From assembly GCA_032250835.1 (NCBI GenBank), contig JAVVEA010000020.1:1-63315 (forward strand): DNA of 63,315 nt, given 5' to 3'. Shown piece after piece: positions 38,841 to 48,338 of the stretch. The number at the start of each line of letters is the position of its first letter. Position 1 is the stretch's first letter. The notes under the pieces were generated by a model. The model ran no database searches. It was given only the letters and a program-made list of their open reading frames with translations, and was not told the DNA's origin. This DNA comes from a bacterium (GTDB lineage: Bacteria > SAR324 > XYD2-FULL-50-16). A program made the position numbers and the translations under genes.

Positions 38841-41708
38841 ATGGCGGACCTTTTGGGCTTAACCGATTTTCATGCCTGTTATTATGCCCAGGAGCTAACC
38901 CGCCGGTTCCCGTCCGATGCTCCCGAAAAGCTCACCAGCGCTTTGTTGGACGCCCAGGTGGACCTGAATCCGCACCAGATTGAGGCGGCCCTCTTCGCCT
39001 TTAAGTCCCCTTTTTCCAAGGGTTGCATCCTCGCCGACGAGGTGGGTCTGGGCAAAACCATCGAAGCGGGGATTGTTATATCCCAAAAATGGGCCGAAAA
39101 GCGCCGCCGGATCTTGATCATATGCCCCTCTTCGTTGCGCATGCAATGGAGCCAGGAACTGGCCGAGAAGTTCCACCTCGCCGCTGAAATCATCGACTCC
39201 AACCGCCTCAAGGCCCTGACCCGGACCGAACAAGCCAATCCCTTCGAACAAGACGCCGTAGTGCTCTGTTCCTTCGAGTTCGCCCGCCGCCAAGAAGCAC
39301 CTATCAGTGCCCTGCCTTGGGACTTGGTGGTGATCGACGAGGCCCACCGGCTGCGTAATGTTTATAAAAAGGACAACCGGATCGGCAAATCCATCATGCG
39401 CTCCACTGCCAGCGCGCCCAAGCTGCTCCTGACCGCCACACCGCTCCAAAACTCCTTATTGGAGCTATTCGGGCTGGTGAGTCTGGTGGACGAACATGTC
39501 TTTGGGGATGTGCGCAGTTTTAAGGCCCAATACACCAGCGGGTCGGTGGACTACGAAAATCTGCGCCGCCGGATTGCCCCCTTCTGCAAGCGTACCTTGC
39601 GCCGGGAGGTACAAGAATATGTACGCTATACCCAGCGCATCTCCTTAACCCAAGAATTCACCCCCAGCCCAAAGGAACGCGAGCTATACGAGAGCATCTC
39701 GGCCTATCTCCAACGCGAAAAGCTCTATGCCCTGCCCACCAGCCAGCGGCAGCTGATCACCCTAGTGCTGCGCAAACTGTTGGCCAGCTCCAGCTTCGCC
39801 ATCACCGGAACCCTAGAAAGCCTCGTGGCCCGGCTTGAGGACCAACTCAAGGCCAACCAACAGGTTGAGGACCTCTTTTACTCAACGTTGCTCAAAGAAG
39901 ACTACGAACCCTTTGAAGAAGACCAAGAAGCCTGGGATTTGGTGCCCTTAGACCAAATGCCCGACCCCTTAAGCTTGGAAGACAAAGCCAGTATCCAAAC
40001 AGAAGTAGAGGAATTACAGGGTTATTTGGAATTGGCCCGGTCCATCGAGCAAAACCAAAAGGGTACGGCCCTGTTGACCGCGCTTTCGAAGGCCTTCGCC
40101 AAGCTAAGCGAGCTGGGCGCACCGCAAAAGGCGCTGATCTTTACCGAATCGCGCCGGACCCAAGCCTATTTGTACCAAATGCTCGAAGAAGCGGGCTACG
40201 GTGGCGGGGTGGTGGTGTTCAACGGGCAGAACGACGACGAAAAGTCGAAAGAAATTTACCGGACCTGGAAGGAGCGCCACCAAGGAACGGATAAAATTTC
40301 GGGCAGCGCCAGTGCCGACCGCCGACAAGCTTTGGTGGACCACTTTAAGGAAAAATCACAGATCATGATCGCCACCGAGGCCGGGGCCGAGGGGGTGAAC
40401 CTTCAATTTTGTTCCTTGGTGGTCAACTACGACCTTCCCTGGAACCCCCAACGTATCGAGCAGCGCATCGGGCGCTGTCACCGGTATGGTCAGAAGTTCG
40501 ACGTGGTGGTGGTCAACTTCTTGGACCGCACCAACCAAGCGGACCAGCGGGTTTTTGAACTGCTAGACCAAAAGTTTCAGCTCTTTCAGGGGGTCTTTGG
40601 GGTTTCGGACGAGGTCTTGGGGGCCATTGAGTCGGGCGTGGACTTCGAGAAGCGGATTGTGGCCATTTACCAAAGCTGCCGCAGCGCCGAAGAAATCAAC
40701 CAAGCCTTTGACACCCTACAAAAAGACTTAGAAGAAAAAATCGCCCAGGACATGCTGCTCACCCGCAGCAACCTGTTAGAAAACTTCGACCAGTCCGTTG
40801 GCGAACGGTTCCGTTTTTCTTCAAAGCAGGCCCAGGGGCTTTTGGATCATTTTGAATCTTGGACCTGGAAGCTTACCGAGCACTTCCTTGAAGGCCAAGC
40901 CCGCTTTGGGCCGGGCCATGAATTTGAACTGGAAAGGCAGCCCTTCGACGGGTTGGTCGTTCCCTTGGGGCGCTACCGCTTGGGCAAGGGAGCCGAGGCG
41001 GCTTACCAGTACCGCCCGCACCACCCGCTGGCCCAAAAGATCTTTGAGTTGGGCCGGGACTTGCGTCCCGAGGCCGCAAGGGTTAAGTTCCAATTGACCG
41101 ATTCTGGCCTCAAGGTGAGCGCTTTGGAGCCCTGGTTGGGGCAGTCCGGGGGCCTACAGGTAGAGTTGTTGCAGGTGGACTCGGCCGAAGAAGAGGACTT
41201 TTTGCTGCTCTCGGGCTACGGGCCCGGCGGCTTGCCCATCGAACCCGAGGCCCTGGCCGGGCTGTTTTACCTGCCCGGCAATTTGAAGGGAGCGGCCCCG
41301 GAGCTGAACTTAGGCCTGCTGGTCCAGGGTATCGAAGCCGAAGAATCCCGCGTGCTGGCGCAGATTGAAGCCAAAAACAGCCGCTTTTTTGATGAAGAAA
41401 TGACCAAACTAGACGGCTGGGCCCAGGACCGCAAAGAAGGGCTAGAGATCCAGCTCGACAAGCTGGAACAGGATATTGGCCTCAAGAAAAACGAGGCCCG
41501 CCGCCTGCTGGACCTGGAAAAGAAAGTGGCCGCCCGCCGGTTGGTCAGTGAGCTAGAAAAGAAACGCGACCAACTCCGCCAAAACCTCTTCACCGCCCAA
41601 GACGAGGTCGAGGCCAAAAAGGACGAACTGTTGGATCAGGTCGAAGAACGCCTCAAGGCCCGAGTGGAGCGGAAGTTTCTGTTTCGGTTGGGGTGGGAAC
41701 TAAAGTAA
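38841..41708 (+). CDS. SNF2-family helicase associated with a type III R-M locus
   Basis: LNPHQI, LADEVGLGKT, DEAH, TATPLQN, ATEAGAEGVNLQ, YDLPWNPQRIEQRIGRCHRYGQ; coiled-coil C-terminus. Confidence 0.93.
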   Translation: MADLLGLTDFHACYYAQELTRRFPSDAPEKLTSALLDAQVDLNPHQIEAALFAFKSPFSKGCILADEVGLGKTIEAGIVISQKWAEKRRRILIICPSSLRMQWSQELAEKFHLAAEIIDSNRLKALTRTEQANPFEQDAVVLCSFEFARRQEAPISALPWDLVVIDEAHRLRNVYKKDNRIGKSIMRSTASAPKLLLTATPLQNSLLELFGLVSLVDEHVFGDVRSFKAQYTSGSVDYENLRRRIAPFCKRTLRREVQEYVRYTQRISLTQEFTPSPKERELYESISAYLQREKLYALPTSQRQLITLVLRKLLASSSFAITGTLESLVARLEDQLKANQQVEDLFYSTLLKEDYEPFEEDQEAWDLVPLDQMPDPLSLEDKASIQTEVEELQGYLELARSIEQNQKGTALLTALSKAFAKLSELGAPQKALIFTESRRTQAYLYQMLEEAGYGGGVVVFNGQNDDEKSKEIYRTWKERHQGTDKISGSASADRRQALVDHFKEKSQIMIATEAGAEGVNLQFCSLVVNYDLPWNPQRIEQRIGRCHRYGQKFDVVVVNFLDRTNQADQRVFELLDQKFQLFQGVFGVSDEVLGAIESGVDFEKRIVAIYQSCRSAEEINQAFDTLQKDLEEKIAQDMLLTRSNLLENFDQSVGERFRFSSKQAQGLLDHFESWTWKLTEHFLEGQARFGPGHEFELERQPFDGLVVPLGRYRLGKGAEAAYQYRPHHPLAQKIFELGRDLRPEAARVKFQLTDSGLKVSALEPWLGQSGGLQVELLQVDSAEEEDFLLLSGYGPGGLPIEPEALAGLFYLPGNLKGAAPELNLGLLVQGIEAEESRVLAQIEAKNSRFFDEEMTKLDGWAQDRKEGLEIQLDKLEQDIGLKKNEARRLLDLEKKVAARRLVSELEKKRDQLRQNLFTAQDEVEAKKDELLDQVEERLKARVERKFLFRLGWELK

Positions 41709-41758
41709 GTTAACTTTATTTGATATATCGATATAATATACTATTTCATGCAGCACCA

Positions 41759-42496
41759 ATGACCAAATTGAGCCAGCCCTCGACTTTCGGACGGATTGTC
41801 AAATCCCCAGCTCTTTTTCTAAGTCTCGGAACGGGTTATCTGTTCGTAGTCGGAGTAATGTCCTTTAGCGAGCGGATGAGGAATTTAAATATCCCTCAGA
41901 CCATGTTTCAGATGCCTTTCGACCAGTTAGTATACCTTGGGTTTGATGCAGTTGTTTTAGGTTTTCGAGGAACCATCGGATGGAGCTTTGGAGTTGCGTC
42001 AATTTTATTAGGTACGGCAAGTGTATTACGCGGACTTATAAACTTTACAATTAAAAAATCAACCAAGAGCCACTTTTGCCTGAAGAAAGTATCCTTCAAA
42101 ATCGGATGGGTTGCATTTTTACTGATTTATTCTATTTTAGCTGGAGTTGAGCATGGGCGTTATTTTGCCCGCAAAATATTGAAAACTACTGAGGAAAACG
42201 GGAATCAAATTCGTTTATATTACGGGCAAAGATCACCCAACGAGCCAATTACCGGGAGCCTTTTGGTCGCAGACAATCAGAAGATTGCTTTTCGCTCAAA
42301 AGGCCGCACATTCGTAGTGCCCTACCCAGAGCGGGTTGAACTTGTCGGTGTTGAACCAACCCCCTCTGAGTGCCTAGAGCCAATTCCAAATTGGTTGGAA
42401 ATGGCGACATTTAAGCCAATGAAGGTGCCGGAACATTGCGAAAATACGGAAGATATTGAGGAAGGGGAAAAGGCAATGCCAGAACCGGGGTTCTAA
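41759..42496 (+). CDS. Hypothetical membrane protein (about 3 TM), AT-rich cargo gene
   Basis: Open frame with hydrophobic segments; markedly lower GC than flanks. Confidence 0.6.
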   Translation: MTKLSQPSTFGRIVKSPALFLSLGTGYLFVVGVMSFSERMRNLNIPQTMFQMPFDQLVYLGFDAVVLGFRGTIGWSFGVASILLGTASVLRGLINFTIKKSTKSHFCLKKVSFKIGWVAFLLIYSILAGVEHGRYFARKILKTTEENGNQIRLYYGQRSPNEPITGSLLVADNQKIAFRSKGRTFVVPYPERVELVGVEPTPSECLEPIPNWLEMATFKPMKVPEHCENTEDIEEGEKAMPEPGF

Positions 42497-42594
42497 CAAA
42501 GCCTCCGAGGGATAAGTTAAAGTACTCGGGGAGTCGAGTCAAGGGAAGTCAACGGGGTAGAACCTAAAATCTATCTCAAATTCAAAGGGAAGCA

Positions 42595-44259
42595 TTGAAA
42601 CCGAAGAAGGGACAGAAGTTGGAGTTGACCTGGGTGGGCAAGGGCGAGCGGCCCCGGTTGGAGCCAAGGATATTGGTGGAAGAGCCGGACTTGTCTTATG
42701 GGGACAAGGGGCAGGGGAACCTGTTGATCCAGGGGGACAACCTCTTAGCACTCAAGGCGCTGGAATCGGAGTACGCCGGTAAGGTCAAGTGCATCTACAT
42801 CGACCCGCCCTACAACACCGGCAGCGCCTTTGAGCATTATGACGACGGCCTAGAGCACAGCCAGTGGCTGAACCTGATGAAGCCTCGGTTGGAAATCTTG
42901 CGCAACCTGCTTTCGGAAGACGGGAGCATTTGGGTAACGCTAGATCACAATGAACATGCGTACCTGAAGGTGATGCTGGATGAGGTTTTTGGCCGTGTAA
43001 ATTTCAAAGCGAATATTACTTGGCAAAAGAAATATAGCGTTAGTAATAATTTTAAAGGAATAGCCTCAATTTGTGACTACATCCTGGTGTACTCGAAAGG
43101 CGATGCATTTCAAAATAACCTTCTGCCCCGCTCTCAAGAATCTGAATCTCGGTATCAAAATCCAGATAGCGATCCACGAGGTCCGTGGAAGGCAGTCGAC
43201 TATTTGAATCAAGCCACGCCACAAAAGCGACCAAATCTTTGTTATGACATTACTAATGAGTTTACAGGCGAGGTAATTAAGAATACCAAGAAAGCGTGGA
43301 AATATGAAAAGTCGGTGCATTTAAAACATGTCCAAGAAAACAAAATTTGGTGGGGACGCGATGGTAAAAATAGTGTCCCGGCTTTAAAGCTTTTCTTATC
43401 AGAGGTCCGCGATGGTATGACCCCACATAACTGGTGGCCACATACAGAGGTTGGTCATACAGATGAAGCAAAAAAAGAAGGAATTAAAATTTTCGGGCAT
43501 GGCGCAATATTTGATACACCAAAACCCGAGCGATTAATCGAACGAGTGCTACTGCTCGCCACCAACCCCAACGACCTAGTCCTCGACAGCTTCCTGGGTT
43601 CCGGCACCACCGCTGCCGTGGCGCAGAAGATGGGGCGGCGGTGGATCGGGGTGGAGTTGGGCGAACATGCGCAGACCCACTGTTTGCCGCGCCTCAAGAA
43701 GGTGGTGGACGGGCAAGACCCCGGCGGGATCAGCAAGGCGGTGGACTGGAAAGGTGGCGGCGGGTTCCGCTATTACCGCTTGGCCCCGAGCCTGCTCAAG
43801 AAAGACGACGAAGGGAACTGGGTGATCAACCCCCAATACAACGCCGAAATGCTGGCTGCCGCCATGGCCAAGCAGGAGGGCTACCAGTTCGAACCCGCCC
43901 CGGACTGCTTCTGGAAACAGGGGCACCTAGAGGGCAAGTCCTTCATCTTCACCACCACCAACTACCTAAGCTTCGACCAAGCCCAACACTTCGAGGATTC
44001 CTTGGGCCCCGACGAAACCCTAATGGTCTGCTGCCAAGCCTTCGAGCCCGGCCTAGAGTCTTTAAAAAAAGTGACGCTGCGAAAAATCCCCCAAGCCGTC
44101 TTGGGCCGCTGCGAATTCGACCGCGACGACTACAGCCTCAACATCGTCAACCTACCGGACTTAACTGAGGAGGAAGGAGAACCCGAAGCCCCGGCTTCGC
44201 CGAAGAAACCCAAATCCAAGAACTCTTCGGACGAAGACCCCCAACCCACTTTATTTTAA
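42595..44259 (+). CDS. mod: Type III R-M DNA methyltransferase (Mod)
   Basis: KLELTW.GK, GDNLLAL, IYIDPPYNTG, TPKPERL, LDSFLGSGTT (beta-class N6-adenine MTase), GGGFRYY. Confidence 0.93.
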   Translation: MKPKKGQKLELTWVGKGERPRLEPRILVEEPDLSYGDKGQGNLLIQGDNLLALKALESEYAGKVKCIYIDPPYNTGSAFEHYDDGLEHSQWLNLMKPRLEILRNLLSEDGSIWVTLDHNEHAYLKVMLDEVFGRVNFKANITWQKKYSVSNNFKGIASICDYILVYSKGDAFQNNLLPRSQESESRYQNPDSDPRGPWKAVDYLNQATPQKRPNLCYDITNEFTGEVIKNTKKAWKYEKSVHLKHVQENKIWWGRDGKNSVPALKLFLSEVRDGMTPHNWWPHTEVGHTDEAKKEGIKIFGHGAIFDTPKPERLIERVLLLATNPNDLVLDSFLGSGTTAAVAQKMGRRWIGVELGEHAQTHCLPRLKKVVDGQDPGGISKAVDWKGGGGFRYYRLAPSLLKKDDEGNWVINPQYNAEMLAAAMAKQEGYQFEPAPDCFWKQGHLEGKSFIFTTTNYLSFDQAQHFEDSLGPDETLMVCCQAFEPGLESLKKVTLRKIPQAVLGRCEFDRDDYSLNIVNLPDLTEEEGEPEAPASPKKPKSKNSSDEDPQPTLF

Positions 44260-44273
44260 CTAAGAGAGACCAA

Positions 44274-45158
44274 ATGACTGCACAGCAAATTGCCCAAAAC
44301 CTTTTTGATCTTGATAAATCGTGCCGCGACGAACTTCATCGTAATGTAATCTCGGATGAAAATGACTACACTTCAACCTTTTGTGCCGTTTTAAGGCATG
44401 GAAACTATGGTCCAGGGATGGGGCAAAAACTTTCCCGTGTATATGAAAATAAATTTGGTTGTGATGCAATGTTGGTGTTTCGGGGGGCCAATCAGGTGAA
44501 AGTAGGGGTGTGGGAAGCAAAATATCCTCGCCTCACCCAAAAGACAAATAATAATTATAAGTACTCTTGGGACTATGCCAGCGTTGATAGATCTAAAATT
44601 CCCCACCAGGCTATCTCCCACTTCACGCACCAACTGCAACGGCAAGCAAAAGCTCACGCTCTGGGTTTTGCGGCATGGGAAATGTTTTATAATGAACATG
44701 CGGTTGGCACTACCTACCGAAATTTTGACCCTCAAGGTTCCAGTTGCGTTTGGTGGCAAGACGCGATTTCCTATCAGCAAAACCAGTTTAGTCAAACCAG
44801 CCTTTGGAACTCAGATGAGTTAAACAATATGCTGTCCGGCTCCGGTACGAACCTTTTTCACATAGTGTTTGATTTGCTGACCTGCAAGCAGGGTGAGCCA
44901 TTTGCTCTATCACGAGACAGTCAAAAGTTGGCCGTAAGACCTAGTTCTGGGCGTTTAGATGAAGCCATGTCTCGGGTTTCGGGTGAAGACCGGGAAGTGT
45001 TTATGACAGAACTAGAAAAGGAACTCATTTTGCCAATCCCGACCCGTCGTTTTGATGCCGAAGCCAGTAAAGAAATGAACAAATTCATTCATGAGCAGGG
45101 CATCCACCGGTACACCTATATCGACTTGGGACCTGAGTTTAAATTCGAAGAGGCATAG
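44274..45158 (+). CDS. Hypothetical protein, putative PD-(D/E)xK nuclease
   Basis: ENDYT...YENKFGCDAMLVF...VWEAK pattern; AT-rich; abuts the res start. Confidence 0.55.
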   Translation: MTAQQIAQNLFDLDKSCRDELHRNVISDENDYTSTFCAVLRHGNYGPGMGQKLSRVYENKFGCDAMLVFRGANQVKVGVWEAKYPRLTQKTNNNYKYSWDYASVDRSKIPHQAISHFTHQLQRQAKAHALGFAAWEMFYNEHAVGTTYRNFDPQGSSCVWWQDAISYQQNQFSQTSLWNSDELNNMLSGSGTNLFHIVFDLLTCKQGEPFALSRDSQKLAVRPSSGRLDEAMSRVSGEDREVFMTELEKELILPIPTRRFDAEASKEMNKFIHEQGIHRYTYIDLGPEFKFEEA

Positions 45159-47885
45159 ATGACCCCCAAGTACAAAGAAGTAGAAGAAAAAATCAGCCGG
45201 AACGTGGCCGACATTTCGGCGCGGATGGGGCTTTGGGGGCGGTTGCCTCAGATTGAGAGTCTGCATTTGTTGGAGCAAGCCCTAGAAAAGCTTTCGCTGA
45301 CCAAAGAGCATGACTTGGCCGCTGAGTTGGCGGCGGTGCAAGAGGTGATGCCCGGCGTCAAAGACTTTGAGCGGGATTTCCCCAACCTCTGTTTTGCCCT
45401 GGCCACCGGCGTGGGCAAGACGCGGTTGATGGGGGCGTTTGTGGCCTATCTGTACATCTTCAAGCGGGTGCGCAACTTCTTGATCTTGGCCCCGAACCTG
45501 ACCATCTACCGCAAGCTGAAAGAGGAGTTCAGCAACCCGAGCCACCCCAAATATGTCTTGGGCGGCTTGAGCCACTTCGTGCAGAAGCGCCCGCGCATCA
45601 TCGACGGGGAGTCTTACGAACAGACCCATATGAACACGCTGGAGGACTACCAAGCGGGCTTTGGGCAGGCGAACCTGTATATCTTCAACGTAGATAAGAT
45701 CAAGCGCGACGAAAAAAGCGGGCGCATCCGGCGCTTTAATGAATATTTGGGTCAGGACTTTTTTGGCTACCTCGCCGAGTTGGAAGACTTGGTGGTGATC
45801 ATGGACGAGTCGCACCACTACCGCGCCGAAAAGTCCCTGGCGGCGATCAACGAACTGAAGCCCATTTTGGGCTTGGAACTGACCGCCACGCCCCGAGTGG
45901 AGTCCCAAAACCGGGATTTTAAGAATGTGGCCTATCAGTTCAGCCTCAAAAACGCGCTGGACATGGGGTACGTTAAACGGCCCGCCGTGGTCACCAAAGG
46001 CGACTTGGACCCTTTGGCGATGACGCCCGAAGAGTTGGACCGCCTTAAGCTATTAGACGGCATCCGCCTGCACCGAAACACCGCCGCCGAACTGCTGCGC
46101 TACCACAAACAAACGGGCCGCAAGCTGGTGCGCCCCTTTGTGTTGGTGGTGGCCAAAGACACCGGCCACGCCGCCGAAATCCGCGAATACCTAGAGTCCA
46201 AGGACTTCTTTGAAGGGGACTATGAAGGCAAGGTGTTAGAGATCCACAGCGCCCAACGGGGCAGCGAGAAGGACGAGAACGTGGCCAAGCTGGTGGAGCT
46301 GGAGCACAAAGACGATGTGGAGATTGTGGTGCATGTGAACATGCTCAAAGAAGGCTGGGACGTGACCAACCTGTATACCATCATCCCCCTACGGGCCAGC
46401 GTTTCGGAAACCTTGACCCAGCAAACTATGGGCCGGGGCCTTCGGGTTCCTTATGGAAAACAGGTCGGTGATGCGGCGGTGGACCGTTTGGCCATCGTGG
46501 CCCACGATAAATACCAAGCCCTTTTGGACGCCGCCAACCAAGAAGACTCGCTGTTCAAGAAAGAGAACATCATCGACTTGGACCTAGAAGACAGCACCGA
46601 ACGCCAAACGCTGAGCACGCCCAGCGCCCTGAACGCTGCCTTAGAAGCCGAGGAGCAGCGCGCCGAAGCCGAAGAAGACCCCCAAAAGCGCCAAAAAGCG
46701 ATCAGCCGGGTGGCCGTCAAGCGGGCTTTTGTCCAGACCCTGACCACCGCCTCACGCCAGCCGCAAGTCAAGAGCGTTCAGGACACCCGCCGCGCCGAGG
46801 TTAAAACAAAGATCCAGCAAGAAGCCAAGAACCAACTGACCCAAACCGGCCAGATTGGCTTCATGAGCGACCTGAGCGATACAGAGGTAGAAGAGGTCTA
46901 CTTGGAGGTAGTCCAAGAGTTTGAGCAAAAGTTTATCGAAATCCCCCGGATCACCATCTTCCCCAGCGGGAACATCAAGACTTGGTTCGATGATTTTGAC
47001 CTAGAACTGGCCGACTATGCGCCCCAGCCGCTGCCCGAAAATCTTTGGATCAAGTACTTGGCGGATCAGGAAACCAAGGAGGTCTTGGAGACCGTCGGCG
47101 GCCTGACCATTGATCGACTCGACCGGATTTTGGTGACCACCCTGCTCGATGTGCCCCAGGTGGAATACCCCCGGGACAAAAAGCTGCTGTTCAAGCTGGC
47201 CCAGCAGGCCCTAATAAAGATCGGCCTGGGGCTGCGCGAGAGCTACGCCAACGAGCAAGAGCGGGGCGCGGCCATGCAAAACGTGGTTTTTTATTACCGC
47301 CGCGAAATCTGCAACCGCATCGCCGAGGAGTTGACCGCCCACTTCCACCAAGAAGCGCCCAAGCAATTTGAGGTGCAGGTGCTGCCCTTTAAAGAGATTT
47401 TGCCGCACCACTTCACCTTGCCCAGCGACGGGAAACGGGTGAAATATAGCCAGTGGTCGGGCAGTACCGCCGAGATGAAGAAATGCCTGTTCACGGGCTT
47501 TAAAAAGGCCTGCCATTTGGAATATGTGTTCCATTCGCGCCCCGAGTTCCGCTTGGCTAGCTTGATGGAAGAGGAGGCCGAGGTGCTCAAGTGGCTGCGC
47601 CCGGCGAACGGGCAGTTTAATATTGTCTGGGGCCCCGCCAAAAGAACCTACGTCCCCGACTTCGTCGCCGAGACGGCCAATATGCGGTACTTGATCGAGG
47701 TCAAACGGGCCGACCAAATCGCCACCGACGAGGTCCAACAAAAAAAGGACGCCGCCGAAGCCTACTGCCAACAAGCCAGCGACTACGCCAAAGAAACCGG
47801 CAGGGCCCCCTGGAAGTATGTGATCATCCCGCACGACAAATTAGAAAGCGGAGCCGGGGTCAGCTTTGGGCGGTTGGTGGGGTGA
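45159..47885 (+). CDS. res: Type III restriction endonuclease (Res)
   Basis: ATGVGKT, DESHH, TATP, MLKEGWDV.N, QTMGRGLR, C-terminal YVPDF...IEVK nuclease motif. Confidence 0.93.
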   Translation: MTPKYKEVEEKISRNVADISARMGLWGRLPQIESLHLLEQALEKLSLTKEHDLAAELAAVQEVMPGVKDFERDFPNLCFALATGVGKTRLMGAFVAYLYIFKRVRNFLILAPNLTIYRKLKEEFSNPSHPKYVLGGLSHFVQKRPRIIDGESYEQTHMNTLEDYQAGFGQANLYIFNVDKIKRDEKSGRIRRFNEYLGQDFFGYLAELEDLVVIMDESHHYRAEKSLAAINELKPILGLELTATPRVESQNRDFKNVAYQFSLKNALDMGYVKRPAVVTKGDLDPLAMTPEELDRLKLLDGIRLHRNTAAELLRYHKQTGRKLVRPFVLVVAKDTGHAAEIREYLESKDFFEGDYEGKVLEIHSAQRGSEKDENVAKLVELEHKDDVEIVVHVNMLKEGWDVTNLYTIIPLRASVSETLTQQTMGRGLRVPYGKQVGDAAVDRLAIVAHDKYQALLDAANQEDSLFKKENIIDLDLEDSTERQTLSTPSALNAALEAEEQRAEAEEDPQKRQKAISRVAVKRAFVQTLTTASRQPQVKSVQDTRRAEVKTKIQQEAKNQLTQTGQIGFMSDLSDTEVEEVYLEVVQEFEQKFIEIPRITIFPSGNIKTWFDDFDLELADYAPQPLPENLWIKYLADQETKEVLETVGGLTIDRLDRILVTTLLDVPQVEYPRDKKLLFKLAQQALIKIGLGLRESYANEQERGAAMQNVVFYYRREICNRIAEELTAHFHQEAPKQFEVQVLPFKEILPHHFTLPSDGKRVKYSQWSGSTAEMKKCLFTGFKKACHLEYVFHSRPEFRLASLMEEEAEVLKWLRPANGQFNIVWGPAKRTYVPDFVAETANMRYLIEVKRADQIATDEVQQKKDAAEAYCQQASDYAKETGRAPWKYVIIPHDKLESGAGVSFGRLVG

Positions 47886-47997
47886 TGCCTTTTGGGCAGA
47901 GGACTTCCGGAGCCCCGCCGAAAACCCGCAAGGCTTGAGTCGACTAGGCCGAAGTACCGCTGGGGAGCGGGAAGCTGGTTGGCCAGGGGGAATCTTC

Positions 47998-48026
47998 TTG
48001 ACGGGCCCTTTGGTAATGGCGAGAAT
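47998..48026 (+). promoter_or_regulatory. Candidate sigma-70 promoter for the small TGA-containing gene
   Basis: TTGACG-N17-GAGAAT, 27 nt before the ATG at 48054. Confidence 0.4.
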
Positions 48027-48053
48027 ATGCGGAAATTTAAATATAGGAGTCCT

Positions 48054-48338
48054 ATGTCTGCCTTTTCTGAAGAAACTTACCAGGGCCGCTTCATCAGCAT
48101 TGTCAGTGCCGAACGCGCCGCCAAGGGAGCCTGAGGCCCCCCGGTAGACATCGTGTATGTCGAAAACGGCCAGGGAGTGCCGCACAAGCTCCTGATGCTC
48201 GATTGCAAAGTCCCCAAAGACTCCGCCAACCCCTACGAATTAGAGCAGGGGCAAAAGGTCGAGGTTTGTTACAAGAAAATCTTGAACCACTTGGTCTGGG
48301 TCCGCCCCGCCGTCAGCCACGGGTACGAGAACAGCTAA
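48054..48338 (+). CDS. Candidate 94-aa selenoprotein (in-frame TGA at 48132-48134); alternatively a nonsense pseudogene
   Basis: AGGAG RBS, ATG 48054, single in-frame TGA at codon 27, frame continues to TAA 48338; SECIS-like hairpin follows the TGA. Confidence 0.6.
48135..48171 (+). other. Bacterial SECIS-like stem-loop
   Basis: Upper stem GACAT/ATGTC (48147-48161) with loop CGTGT, 17 nt from the UGA; possible lower GGCC/GGCC pairing. Confidence 0.5.

Noticed and set aside
42595-44259. Phase-variable mod (phasevarion)
   Set aside because: No simple-sequence repeat tract seen in or upstream of the gene.
38731-48050. Integrative element or prophage around the R-M locus
   Set aside because: No integrase, transposase, tRNA target or flanking direct repeats recognised.
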